Of a stretch of DNA of 64,000 nt, positions 17,775-27,367 are shown one piece after another. The translations under genes and the position numbers were made by a program. The notes below the pieces were generated by a model. The model saw only the letters and a list, made by a program, of their open reading frames with translations, was not told the origin of the DNA and did not search any database. Source of the stretch: an uncultured Pseudomonadota bacterium (lineage in GTDB: Bacteria > Pseudomonadota > Alphaproteobacteria > JACZXZ01). Position 1 is the first letter of the stretch. Each line of letters begins with the position of its first letter. The stretch is taken from NCBI GenBank assembly GCA_963749075.1, contig CAVVLJ010000017.1:864001-928000 (forward strand), in the 5' to 3' direction.

Positions 17775-19415
17775 ATGAGGCGTATCGCATTGGGCTTTGC
17801 CTTGGCCGTCTCGGCCCTTGCGGTGTGGGCGTCGAGCCGGGCCGAGGCGCAGCAGCCGGCGGAGCCTCAACCGGGATGGATGGCGGACGCCAAGGGATGC
17901 CAGGTGTGGAACCCGGACCCGGCGCCCAATCAGAGCTTCAGCTGGAGCGGCGCCTGCAAGGACGGCTTCGCCGACGGCACGGGCGTGCTGCAGTGGTACG
18001 AGAACGGCAAGCCCACCGACCGCTACGAGGGCGGCTTCAGCACCGGCCACGCCAACGGCCATGCGATCTATGTCTGGGAGAACGGCGACCGCTTCGAGGG
18101 CGAGTTCAAGGACGACCTGCGCAACGGCTATGGCGTGGTCAAGTTCGCCGACGGCGACGTTTACAAGGGCATGTTCAAGGACGACCGGCGCCAGGGCTAC
18201 GGCACCGTCGTGTTCTCCAACGGCGACAGCTACGAAGGCGAATGGAAGGACGGGCTGGCCAACGGGCAAGGCACGCGCAAGGATGCCGACGGCGAGGTCT
18301 TCACCGGCATCTGGGTGAAGGGCTGCTTCCGCAAGGGCGACCGCCTGGCCTGGATCGGCGCCGACGAGGCGGACTGCAGGAGGATGCCGCAGTATCAGCA
18401 GCCGACGCAGGAAGCCCAAGCGCCGACGGCCCAGGCATCGCCGGCGCAAGGACAGCCGGCGCAGCCCGCGCAGGCAGCGCCCGCCCAGCCCACGCCCACG
18501 CAGACGCCGCCCGCGCAAGCGGCGCAGGCGCAGCCTCAGCCCGCTCAGCCGCAGCCTGCCGCGCAACCGCCGCAACAGCCCGCGCCGCAGCCGGCGCCTC
18601 AGGCTGGCCAGACGCCATCGGTGCAGGTCGAGACCCTGCCGCCGCCGTCTCAGGCGCAGCCGGGACAGGCACCGCCGCCTCAGGCACAGCCCCCTCAGGC
18701 ACAGCCCCCTCAGGCACAACCGCCTCAGGCGCCGCCACCTCCGCAAGTGCAGCCGCAGCAGCCGGCTGAGGCGCCGCCGGCTCAGCCGCAAGCGCCGCCG
18801 CAGCAGGTCCAGGCCCCTGCCCCGCCACCGCCGGTCGCGTGGATCGCCACAACGGCCGGATGCCGGGTGCGCAACCCGGAGCCGAAGCCGAACGAAAGCG
18901 TGAGCTGGAGCGGCCGCTGCGCAAACGGCGTCGCCACGGGGACCGGCCGGCTGCAATGGTTCCTCGCCGGCCGCCCGAGCGAGCGCTATGACGGCCTCAT
19001 GAGCGAGGGCCGCCCGGACGGGCGCGGCATCTATGTCTGGGCCAACGGCACCCGCTACGAGGGCGAGTTCAAGGACGGCGCCCAGAGCGGCCGCGGCAGC
19101 AAGCTGTGGAGCAACGGCGACCGCTACGACGGCGAGTTCAACGACAGCAAGCGGGACGGCAAGGGGCTCTTCGTATGGGTCAGCGGCGACCTCTACGACG
19201 GCGAATGGAAGGCCGGCGTGCGCAGCGGCGAGGGCGTCTATGTCTGGGTCGGCGGCAATCGCTATCAGGGCGCCTGGAGCGACGGCAAGGCGAACGGCAC
19301 GGGCACCTTTACCGAGGCGGGCGGCGAGATCTACTCGGGCAACTGGTCGCAGGGCTGCTTCCGCGACGGCCAGCGCTGGGCCGCGGTCGGAGCGGATCCG
19401 GCCGCCTGCAAGTGA
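17775..19415 (+). CDS. Secreted MORN-repeat protein, two modules joined by a Pro/Gln-rich linker
   Basis: Signal peptide; two GC.V.NP...W.G.C...LQW MORN blocks; P/Q/A linker at about 18385-18835. Confidence 0.9.
   Translation: MRRIALGFALAVSALAVWASSRAEAQQPAEPQPGWMADAKGCQVWNPDPAPNQSFSWSGACKDGFADGTGVLQWYENGKPTDRYEGGFSTGHANGHAIYVWENGDRFEGEFKDDLRNGYGVVKFADGDVYKGMFKDDRRQGYGTVVFSNGDSYEGEWKDGLANGQGTRKDADGEVFTGIWVKGCFRKGDRLAWIGADEADCRRMPQYQQPTQEAQAPTAQASPAQGQPAQPAQAAPAQPTPTQTPPAQAAQAQPQPAQPQPAAQPPQQPAPQPAPQAGQTPSVQVETLPPPSQAQPGQAPPPQAQPPQAQPPQAQPPQAPPPPQVQPQQPAEAPPAQPQAPPQQVQAPAPPPPVAWIATTAGCRVRNPEPKPNESVSWSGRCANGVATGTGRLQWFLAGRPSERYDGLMSEGRPDGRGIYVWANGTRYEGEFKDGAQSGRGSKLWSNGDRYDGEFNDSKRDGKGLFVWVSGDLYDGEWKAGVRSGEGVYVWVGGNRYQGAWSDGKANGTGTFTEAGGEIYSGNWSQGCFRDGQRWAAVGADPAACK
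18678..18730 (+). repeat. 15-bp coding tandem repeat (QAQPP)n
   Basis: CCTCAGGCACAGCCC repeated about 3.5 times. Confidence 0.8.
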
Positions 19416-19440
19416 GGCGGCTCAGGAGCGCGTAAGCCCG

Positions 19441-19767
19441 TCAGCGCCGCCGTGCCGCCGCCCGCGCGAGATAGGCCGCGAACCAGGCGAGCAGCAGCGG
19501 GAGCAGCGCGAGCGCCAACATGGCCTCGTAATTCTCCGCGTGGAAGCGCATCTCGCTTGCATAAGCCTGGTCGGCGGCGTCTTGGCAAAACTTCGCCTTG
19601 TCCGCCTCGCCGGTCGCGTATTTCTCGCACATGTGGCGCGTGGCCTCGGCGTAGAAGTGGGCGCGCGCCGGGCTCGGCCTGTGGCTCTCCACGTAATACA
19701 CGAGGGCAGCCAGGAACCAGGCAACCGACAGCAGGATGGCGATGAGCCGCCGCCGCCGCGCGGACAC
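19441..19767 (-). CDS. Small two-TM hypothetical membrane protein
   Basis: AAGGAG SD then GTG; LIAILLSVAWFLAALVYY and MLALALLPLLLAWFAAYL hydrophobic segments; two Cys in the loop. Confidence 0.6.
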   Translation of the reverse strand: MSARRRRLIAILLSVAWFLAALVYYVESHRPSPARAHFYAEATRHMCEKYATGEADKAKFCQDAADQAYASEMRFHAENYEAMLALALLPLLLAWFAAYLARAAARRR

Positions 19768-19873
19768 GACGGTCAGCTCCTTGACCTCGATGAACGCGCC
19801 ATCGTCGCGATCCCGCAGCACTCCGCTTCGCGCATCGAGGGGAGGGCGCGCCCTGCGCCCATGAGGCCGGGCG

Positions 19874-22441
19874 TCAGCTGGTGAAGCGCTGCCACCAGCC
19901 GCGCTTCTTCGGCAGCTGCGCCTCCTCGTCGCGGCCGACCTCGATGACCGGCATCGCCGGCGGCCGCTCCGGGTCGGCGGCGGCGCCGTCCACGGGTGCC
20001 GTCTCCGCCGCCGCAAGGGGGCTCTCTTGCACCTCCTCGTGGCGGGGCGCCTGGTGCTGCTGCGGCTGCGGGGGCAGAGCCGGTGCGGGGACATGCTCGT
20101 GGGCCGCCGCCGGCTCGTCCACCGTCACCCAGGCGGGTGCTGCGGGCGCATGTTCGACAGGCGCCGCCGGCTCGTGCACCGTGACCCACGCGGCCGCGGC
20201 GGGGGCATGCTCGACGGCTGCCGCCGGCTCGCGCGCCTCGCTCCAGTCGGGTGCCGCGGGCGTCTCGGGGGTGGGGGCGGCGGCGGGCTCGCCGAGCGGC
20301 TGCTCGCTGCGCCGGCGGCGGCCGCCGCGCCGGCCGCGGGCACGGCGGCGGCGGTTCTCGCGCTCGGCAGCACCAAGCGGCGGCTGTGCTAAGGGCTCGG
20401 GCGGCGCTGCGGCGGCACCCTCGGCGCCCTCCTCCGGCCCCGCGCCGGGCTCGTCCGCGAAGAACGGCAATTCCGCGGCATCCTCCGAGGGGTCCAGGGC
20501 ATCGCGGCCCGCTGCTGCGGCCCCGGCGGCCGCGCTGTCCTCCTCGCCGCCGCGACGGCGCCGCCGGCGCCGGCGGCGGCGCTTGCGGACCTCGCCAGCC
20601 TCGCCCTGGGGACGCTCCACCGCAGCCTCGACGGCCACGGCCTCACGCTCGGCCGGGCTCTCGGGCGCGCTCTCGGCCGTGCTCTCGGGCGCGCTCTCGG
20701 CCGTGCTCTCGGGCGCGCTCTCCGGGAGCTCCTCCGGCTCCGGCGCCGGGGCGGCCTCGAGGCCGGCCGCGCCGCTGACGGTCTCATGGCTCACCGGTGC
20801 GAGGACCTGCTCGTCGGCGGCGGCGAGCTTGACGCGCTCGAGGCGGTAGGCGGGAGGCACGAGAGCGTCGTCGGTGTCGACGAAGACGCTGAAGCGGTAG
20901 CGCCGCTCGAGGTCGGCGAGCGTGGCGCGCTTCTGGTTGAGGATGTAGAGCGCCACCGCCGTCGGCACCGTCAAGCGGAGCTCGGCGCTGCGCTGGCGGA
21001 TGCCCTCCTCCTCGAGCCCGCGCAGCACGTGCAGGACCGTCGATTCGGTCGAGCGCACCCAGCCCGAGCCGGCGCATTGCACGCAGTGCATCATGGTGGC
21101 CTCGATGAGGCTCGGCCGCAGGCGCTGGCGGGAGAGCTCGAGAAGGCCGAAGGGGCTGATGCGCCCGATCTGGATGCGCGCGCGGTCGGCGCGCATCGCC
21201 TCCTTGAGGCGGCGCTCGACCGCCGTGTTGTTGCGCTGCTCCTCCATGTCGATGAAGTCGATGACCACGAGACCGGCGAGATCCCTCAAGCGGAGCTGGC
21301 GCGCGATCTCCTCCGCCGCCTCGAGATTGGTCCTGAGCGCCGTCTCCTCGATGTTGCGCTCCTTGGTGGAGCGGCCGGAATTCACGTCGATCGAGACGAG
21401 CGCCTCGGTCGGCGTGATGACGATGTAGCCGCCCGACTTGAGCTGCATGGACGGGCTGTAGATCAGGTCGATCTGGCTCTCCACCTGGAAGCGGTGGAAG
21501 AGCGGGATGACGTCGTCCTTGTAGGAGTGCACGCGCTTGGCGTGGCTCGGCGTGAGCACGCGCATGAACTCCTTGGCGGCGCGGTAGCCCTCCTCGCCCT
21601 CGACCTGGATCTCGTCGATGTCGCGGTCGTAGAGGTCGCGGATCGCGCGCTTGATGAGATTGGCCTCCTCGTAGATGAGGGCCGGCGCCGTCGACTTGAG
21701 CGTGAGATCGCGGATCTCGTCCCACAGGCGCATGAGGTACTCGAGGTCGCGCTTGATCTCGGCCTTGCTGCGCTCCATGCCGGCGGTGCGCACGATGACC
21801 GACATGCCCTCGGGAATCTCGAACTCCTCGAGGATGCTCTTGAGCCGGCGGCGGTCCTTGAGGTCGGTGATCTTGCGCGAGATGCCGCCGCCGCGCGGCG
21901 TATTGGGCATCAAGACGCAATAGCGCCCGGCGAGCGAGAGGTAGGTGGTGAGCGCTGCACCCTTGTTGCCGCGCTCCTCCTTGACGACCTGCACCAGCAT
22001 GATCTGCCGGCGCTTGATCACCTCCTGGATCTTGTAGTGCCGCGGTGCTCGGAAGCGGCGGGGTGCTACCTCCTCGATATCGTCGCCGCCGACGGTCTCC
22101 ACCTCCTCGCCCTCGCCGCCCTCGCCGCCGCCGCCCTCGGAGGAGCGCTCGGCATAGGCGCGGTCCTGCTCGAGAAGCGCCTCGCGGTCGGCGATCGGGA
22201 TGCGGTAGTAGTCGGGATGCACCTCGTTGAAGGCGAGGAAGCCGTGGCGGTTGCCGCCGTAGTCGACAAAGGCCGCCTGCAGCGACGGCTCGACGCGCGT
22301 CACCTTGGCAAGATAAATGTTGCCCTTGAGCTGTTTCTTGGTGGCGGTTTCGAAATCGAAGTCTTCGAGACGGTTACCCTTCAGCACCGCCACCCGCGTT
22401 TCCTCGGGGTGGGCGGCGTCGATCAGCATACGCATTGCCAT
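19874..22441 (-). CDS. rne: Ribonuclease E
   Basis: MLIDAAHPEETRV, KGNIYLAKVTRVEPSLQAAFVDYG, IDVNSGR, DFIDM, CxxC Zn link; charge-patterned disordered CTD ending KKRGWWQRF. Confidence 0.97.
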   Translation of the reverse strand: MAMRMLIDAAHPEETRVAVLKGNRLEDFDFETATKKQLKGNIYLAKVTRVEPSLQAAFVDYGGNRHGFLAFNEVHPDYYRIPIADREALLEQDRAYAERSSEGGGGEGGEGEEVETVGGDDIEEVAPRRFRAPRHYKIQEVIKRRQIMLVQVVKEERGNKGAALTTYLSLAGRYCVLMPNTPRGGGISRKITDLKDRRRLKSILEEFEIPEGMSVIVRTAGMERSKAEIKRDLEYLMRLWDEIRDLTLKSTAPALIYEEANLIKRAIRDLYDRDIDEIQVEGEEGYRAAKEFMRVLTPSHAKRVHSYKDDVIPLFHRFQVESQIDLIYSPSMQLKSGGYIVITPTEALVSIDVNSGRSTKERNIEETALRTNLEAAEEIARQLRLRDLAGLVVIDFIDMEEQRNNTAVERRLKEAMRADRARIQIGRISPFGLLELSRQRLRPSLIEATMMHCVQCAGSGWVRSTESTVLHVLRGLEEEGIRQRSAELRLTVPTAVALYILNQKRATLADLERRYRFSVFVDTDDALVPPAYRLERVKLAAADEQVLAPVSHETVSGAAGLEAAPAPEPEELPESAPESTAESAPESTAESAPESPAEREAVAVEAAVERPQGEAGEVRKRRRRRRRRRRGGEEDSAAAGAAAAGRDALDPSEDAAELPFFADEPGAGPEEGAEGAAAAPPEPLAQPPLGAAERENRRRRARGRRGGRRRRSEQPLGEPAAAPTPETPAAPDWSEAREPAAAVEHAPAAAAWVTVHEPAAPVEHAPAAPAWVTVDEPAAAHEHVPAPALPPQPQQHQAPRHEEVQESPLAAAETAPVDGAAADPERPPAMPVIEVGRDEEAQLPKKRGWWQRFTS

Positions 22442-22944
22442 CAGGCAGGCTCTCCGGCGCACGCCGCTTCGGCGACCCGCGCGAACAACGGGCGGCAGCG
22501 TGCCTTGGCTATGCGGAGCGGGTTCCCGCGGGCTCTACCCGCCGAACACGGCACCCGCAAAAGAGAGCAGGGCCATGACGGGGATCGCGTCAGGCGACCG
22601 CTTTCGCGGTCACGGTTGAACCCGTCTCCGAATGTTCCACACATCGCCCGCAGCTTGACCGGCATGCCGGGCCTCGGCGGCCAGGGCCGCCCCGATCGTC
22701 AAGGGGGCCCCGCCCGCGCGCCTGCCCGGCAGTACGCGGCGCCCGCCCTAGAGATGCGGGCTAGGCGGCTGCGGCGGTTCGCATGCCTAACATACCGGGC
22801 GCAGCGCCCGGGAACAATTGAATATTATCGGGAGGCAACCCGGGCGGCCGGGCCGGCATGGCGGGTGGGGGTGCCGTGGGCGGCGGCTCGGCCGCGTCTT
22901 TTCATTGCACTCCCGAGTCGCTATCCGTATATTTGGTAGGCAGA

Positions 22945-24183
22945 ATGGAACGGAACCGCAACCTGTGGCGCGCCGGCCGGCTCACGGCGATCGCCGTAGC
23001 GCTTGCGCTCGCCTGCGGCGCCGTCCCCGGCCGGGCGCTTGCCCGTGTTGCGGCCGAGCCTGCCGCGACCGGCGTGCGCATCGCTGCCGTAACACCCGCT
23101 ACGCGCTTCGTCCTCGACCTCACAGCGGACGTGCCTTTCAAGGTCTACACCATGCGCGAGCCCTATCGCGTGGTGGTGGATCTGCCCGAGCTCACCTGGC
23201 GGGTGGCCGCCGCGGCCGCGGCGCAGCACGGCGGGGTGATCGAGCGTTTCCGCTTCGGCCTCTTCAGGCCGGGCACCTTCCGCGTCGTGCTCGACGTGAG
23301 CCGGCCGGTCGCCGTGCACGGTGCTATCGCGCTGCCGGCCCGCGGCAGCCGCGTTCGCCGCCTGGTGCTCGACCTCGTCCCGGTGAGCAAAAGCGAGTTC
23401 GACCGCAGCTACGTCGGCCCGCCGGCGCCCGAGCCGCCCGGCTTGCGGCCGCCGTCCGCGCCCGCGGAGAAGGCGAAGCCGGGCGACGGCAGGCACGTGG
23501 TGGCGATCGACCCCGGCCACGGCGGCGTCGATCCCGGAGCCACCGGCGTGAGCGGCACCTACGAGAAGGAGCTGACGCTGGCGGCCGCCAAGGAGCTCAA
23601 GCGCCAGCTCGAGACCGGCGGGCGCTACCGCGTCGTCCTCACGCGCGACAAGGACGTCTTCCTCACCTTGCGCGAGCGCGTGCAGGTCGCGCGCTCCGCC
23701 CATGCCGAGCTCTTCATCTCGCTCCACGCCGACAGCATCGGCAGCGACAACATCACGGGGAGCTCGGTCTACATGCTCTCGGACAAGGCCTCCGACGCGC
23801 AAGCCGCAGCGCTCGCCGCCGACGAGAACAAGTCCGACGTGATCGCGGGCGCCAACCTCAACGCGTACTCGGACGAGGTCGCGGACATCCTCATCGACCT
23901 CGCCCAGCGCGAGACCAAGAACGATTCCGCCAAATACGCGCACGAGCTCGTGCAGGAGCTCGACAAGAGCGGCCGCGTCCTCGAGCACGCCATCCGCTCG
24001 GCCGGCTTCGCGGTGCTGAAGGCGCCCGACGTGCCCTCGGTGCTGCTCGAGATGGGCTATCTCTCCAACCCCGCGGAGGAGCGCGAGTTGCGCGAGCCCG
24101 CCTATCGTGCCAAGCTGATGGCTGCGGTGAAGCGTGCGGTCGACCTCTACTTCGCGGAGCGCGACCGGTTGACGAAGTCATAA
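22945..24183 (+). CDS. amiC: N-acetylmuramoyl-L-alanine amidase (AMIN plus Amidase_3)
   Basis: IDPGHGGVDPGA, FISLHADS, SVLLEMGYLSN; divergent from rne and upstream of PBP1A. Confidence 0.92.
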   Translation: MERNRNLWRAGRLTAIAVALALACGAVPGRALARVAAEPAATGVRIAAVTPATRFVLDLTADVPFKVYTMREPYRVVVDLPELTWRVAAAAAAQHGGVIERFRFGLFRPGTFRVVLDVSRPVAVHGAIALPARGSRVRRLVLDLVPVSKSEFDRSYVGPPAPEPPGLRPPSAPAEKAKPGDGRHVVAIDPGHGGVDPGATGVSGTYEKELTLAAAKELKRQLETGGRYRVVLTRDKDVFLTLRERVQVARSAHAELFISLHADSIGSDNITGSSVYMLSDKASDAQAAALAADENKSDVIAGANLNAYSDEVADILIDLAQRETKNDSAKYAHELVQELDKSGRVLEHAIRSAGFAVLKAPDVPSVLLEMGYLSNPAEERELREPAYRAKLMAAVKRAVDLYFAERDRLTKS

Positions 24184-24270
24184 CTCCGCCGCAATTAGTC
24201 GCCTAGCATGGCGCCCCGGCGCGCGCGTTCGGCGAGGCTTCGCGGGGCAGCGGACCACGGCTCGACCAGC

Positions 24271-26745
24271 ATGATGAAATCGATGCTCAAGCGGCTGCTG
24301 CGCGCGTTCGTGCTGGTGGCCGTGCTCGCTCTTCTCGCCGCCGGCGGGGCGGTCGCCCTCTTCTACCACTACGGCCGCGGCCTGCCCGACTATCACCAGC
24401 TCGCCGACTACGAGCCGCCGATCGCCACGCGCGTGCTGGCCGGCGACGGGCGGCTCCTCGCCGAATATGCCACCGAGCGCCGCGTCTTCGTGCCCATCGA
24501 GGCGGTGCCCAAGCGGGTGATCGAGGCCTTCCTCGCCGCCGAGGACCGCAACTTCTATAGCCACCCGGGCATCGACATCTTCTCGGTCATCCGTGCGGCG
24601 CTGCAGAACCTCATGCACCTCGGGCAGAACCGCCGGCCGGTGGGCGCCTCCACCATCACCCAGCAGGTCGCCAAGAACTTCCTCCTCACCAACGAGGTTT
24701 CCTTATCGCGCAAGATCAAGGAGGCGATCCTCGCCTTCCGCATCGAGGGCACCTTCACCAAGGAGCACATCCTCGAGCTCTACATGAACGAGATCTACCT
24801 GGGCGGCGGCTCCTACGGGGTTGCCGCCGCGGCGCTCAATTACTTCGACAAATCGCTCGACCAGCTCACGCTCTCCGAGGCCGCTTTCCTCGCAGCGCTG
24901 CCCAAGGCGCCCAACAACTACAACCCGAGCCGCTATCCCGAGGCCGCCAAGTCGCGGCGCGACTGGGTGATCGACCGCATGGCCGAGGACGGCTACGTGA
25001 GCGCCGGCGAGGCGGCCGCCGCCAAGCGCGAGCCGCTCGTCGCGCACAAGGGCGGCGAGCCCGAGTTCGCCAATGCCGGCTATTTCAGCGAGGAGGTGCG
25101 CCGCGAGCTCGTCAGCCGCTTCGGCGAGAAGGCGCTCTACGCGGGCGGCCTTTCGGTGCGCACCACCGTCGATCCCACCCTCCAGGGCTATGCGGACCAG
25201 GCGCTGAGGGACGGGCTCGTGGCCTACGACCGCCGTCACGGCTGGCGGGGTGCGCTCGGCAAGATCGAGATCGGCGCCAATGCGGACGACGGCGCCTGGG
25301 CAGCACCGCTCGCCGAGTTCCAGCGCCCGGTCGGCCTCGGCAAATGGCAGCTCGCGGTCGTGCTCGGCGTCGACGAGGCGGGTGCCGCCATCGGCCTCGG
25401 CAAGGGCGAGAGGGGCCGCATCCCCTTCGCTGAGCTCAAATGGGCGCGGCCGGAGCTTCCCGACCAGCGCACCGGCCCCCTGCCGCGCCGCGCCGCGGAC
25501 GTGCTCGCCAAGGGCGACGTGGTCGCGGTCGAGGCGGTCGACAAGGCGGCCGACGGCAAGCCTCTGCCGGCCGGGAGCTACGCGCTCCGCCAGATTCCCG
25601 AGCTGAGCGGCGCCATCGTGGTGCTCGACCCGCATACCGGCCGCGTGCTCGCCATGAGCGGCGGCTATCAGTTCGAGCGCGGGCGCGACGAATACGACCG
25701 CGCGGTGCAGGCCAAGCGGCAGCCCGGCTCGGCCTTCAAGCCCTTCGTGTACCTCACCGCCATGGACAACGGCTTCACCTCGTCGTCGCTGGTCCTCGAT
25801 GCGCCCTTCGTGATCGACCAGGGCCCGGGCCTGGGCAAATGGAAGCCGGCCAACTACGAGAAGAACTTCCACGGGCCGATGCCGCTGCGCTACGGCCTCG
25901 AGCATTCGCGCAACCTGATGACCGTGCGCCTCGCCCAGAGCATCGGCATGGACAAGGTGGCCGCTACCGCCGAGCGCTTCGGCATCGTCGACCAGATGCC
26001 GCCGGAGCTCGCCATGTCGCTCGGCGCCGGCGAGACGACGCTTCTGCGCCTCGGCACCGCCTACGGCGAGCTCGTCAACGGCGGCAAGAAGATCACGCCC
26101 ACGCTCATCGACTGGGTGCAGGACCGCCACGGCAAGCTCGTCTACCGCCACGACCAGCGCCCATGCCCCGAGTGCGACGACGTGAGCTGGCACGACCAGG
26201 ACGTGCCCGACATCCCCGATACGCGCCAGCAGCTCGACGATCCGCGCAGCATCTACCAGGTCGTCGCCATGATGCAGGGCGTCGTCGAGCGCGGCACGGG
26301 CGTGCGCGCGCGGATCCTGGGGAAGCCCGTGGCGGGCAAGACCGGCACCACCGACGACGACAAGGACACCTGGTTCCTCGGCTTCACCCCCGACCTCCTC
26401 TGCGGCGTCTACATGGGCTTCGATCAGCCGCGCACCCAGGGGCCGGGCGAGCAGGGCTCCTCGGTGGCGCTGCCGGTCTTCATCGATTTCATGCAGCAGG
26501 CGCTCAAGGACAAGCCCGCCATCCCCTTCCGCATCCCGCCCGGCCTCACCATGGCGCGCGTGCGCGAATCGGACGGCCTCGCCGCCGCACCCGGCGACAA
26601 GGGCATCGTGCTCGAGCCCTTCAAGCCCGGCACCGTGCCGCAGGCGGCAGGCCCGGTGCTCGACGGCAGCGTGGACGGCTCGGACACCGGCGAGCCGCCG
26701 CCCCGCGTGCCCGCCGCCTCCGAGGGCACGGGTGGGATTTATTGA
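24271..26745 (+). CDS. mrcA: Penicillin-binding protein 1A
   Basis: AEDRNFY, GASTITQQVAKN, RKIKEA transglycosylase motifs; SAFK, SRN and KTGT transpeptidase motifs. Confidence 0.95.
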   Translation: MMKSMLKRLLRAFVLVAVLALLAAGGAVALFYHYGRGLPDYHQLADYEPPIATRVLAGDGRLLAEYATERRVFVPIEAVPKRVIEAFLAAEDRNFYSHPGIDIFSVIRAALQNLMHLGQNRRPVGASTITQQVAKNFLLTNEVSLSRKIKEAILAFRIEGTFTKEHILELYMNEIYLGGGSYGVAAAALNYFDKSLDQLTLSEAAFLAALPKAPNNYNPSRYPEAAKSRRDWVIDRMAEDGYVSAGEAAAAKREPLVAHKGGEPEFANAGYFSEEVRRELVSRFGEKALYAGGLSVRTTVDPTLQGYADQALRDGLVAYDRRHGWRGALGKIEIGANADDGAWAAPLAEFQRPVGLGKWQLAVVLGVDEAGAAIGLGKGERGRIPFAELKWARPELPDQRTGPLPRRAADVLAKGDVVAVEAVDKAADGKPLPAGSYALRQIPELSGAIVVLDPHTGRVLAMSGGYQFERGRDEYDRAVQAKRQPGSAFKPFVYLTAMDNGFTSSSLVLDAPFVIDQGPGLGKWKPANYEKNFHGPMPLRYGLEHSRNLMTVRLAQSIGMDKVAATAERFGIVDQMPPELAMSLGAGETTLLRLGTAYGELVNGGKKITPTLIDWVQDRHGKLVYRHDQRPCPECDDVSWHDQDVPDIPDTRQQLDDPRSIYQVVAMMQGVVERGTGVRARILGKPVAGKTGTTDDDKDTWFLGFTPDLLCGVYMGFDQPRTQGPGEQGSSVALPVFIDFMQQALKDKPAIPFRIPPGLTMARVRESDGLAAAPGDKGIVLEPFKPGTVPQAAGPVLDGSVDGSDTGEPPPRVPAASEGTGGIY

Positions 26746-26848
26746 GATCATGTTGCGGCTCGGGAGCCGCCGAGGGCACTGCCCGCGATCACCAGGCGGT
26801 GATCTCATTTCCAGCCGCACGCCGCCCCGCCGACTGCGGCGAATCGTA

Positions 26849-26899
26849 TAGTCCAATGGACTACAGGGAGTGATTGCCAGAGGCCGTCCATTGGACTAG
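26849..26899. promoter_or_regulatory. Paired palindromic operators upstream of an HTH antitoxin
   Basis: TAGTCCAATGGACTA (26849-26863) and GTCCATTGGAC (26886-26896). Confidence 0.6.
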
Positions 26900-26935
26900 A
26901 GCGTGGTCCAGTGAAATCGAATCGGGCATTCACAT

Positions 26936-26963
26936 CGTCATTCCCGCGAGAGCGGAAATCCAG
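26936..26963. repeat. REP-like palindromic element (GTCATTCCCGCG..AGCGG.AATCCAG type)
   Basis: CGTCATTCCCGCGAGAGCGGAAATCCAG hairpin. Confidence 0.65.
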
Positions 26964-27000
26964 CTCATGCTCTGGCCGAGAGTTACGGCAGGAGACAACG

Positions 27001-27297
27001 ATGAGCAAGGTGGCTGACGGCATTCGTCGCGGTCTGGAGGACGCCGTGGCCTATGCCAAGGGCAGAGCGGACGAGAGCCGGTACCGCGTCCATGTGCCGA
27101 AGAAGATCGACGTGCGCGCCATCCGCGCGAGGCTGGGCATGACGCAGGAAGAATTCGCGCGACGCTTCGGCTTCAGCGTCAATACCCTGCGGCATTGGGA
27201 GCAGGGCAAGCGGCAGCCGGAGGGGCCGGCGCGCGCCTATCTCCTGGTCATCGACCGGGCGCCCAAGATCGTGCAGAGAGCATTGAAGGCGGCGTGA
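27001..27297 (+). CDS. XRE/HigA-like (YiaG-type) antitoxin, orphan
   Basis: GLEDAVAYAKG...DVRAIRARLGMTQEEFARRFGFSVNTLRHWEQGKRQPEGPARAYL; AGGAG SD. Confidence 0.88.
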   Translation: MSKVADGIRRGLEDAVAYAKGRADESRYRVHVPKKIDVRAIRARLGMTQEEFARRFGFSVNTLRHWEQGKRQPEGPARAYLLVIDRAPKIVQRALKAA

Positions 27298-27367
27298 GGG
27301 CGCGGGCGCAGGAATATTCGGGCGAATGGCCCTTGCCCAATGGGGCCTCCCGCTCTAAGACAACGCC

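Noticed and set aside
15538-17790. 750-aa ORF suggesting a long N-terminal extension on the enolase-family enzyme
   Set aside because: The extension is the antisense of the MORN gene; a good SD and ATG at 16647 give a normal-length enzyme.
16900-19400. Regularly spaced CGCTACGAGGGCGAGT repeats resembling a CRISPR array
   Set aside because: The 69-bp period is in frame and encodes MORN repeats; copies vary at synonymous sites; no cas genes are present.
22442-22944. Possible riboswitch or sRNA in the rne-amiC intergenic region
   Set aside because: GC-rich hairpins are present and a structured rne leader is plausible, but no specific RNA family could be recognised by eye.
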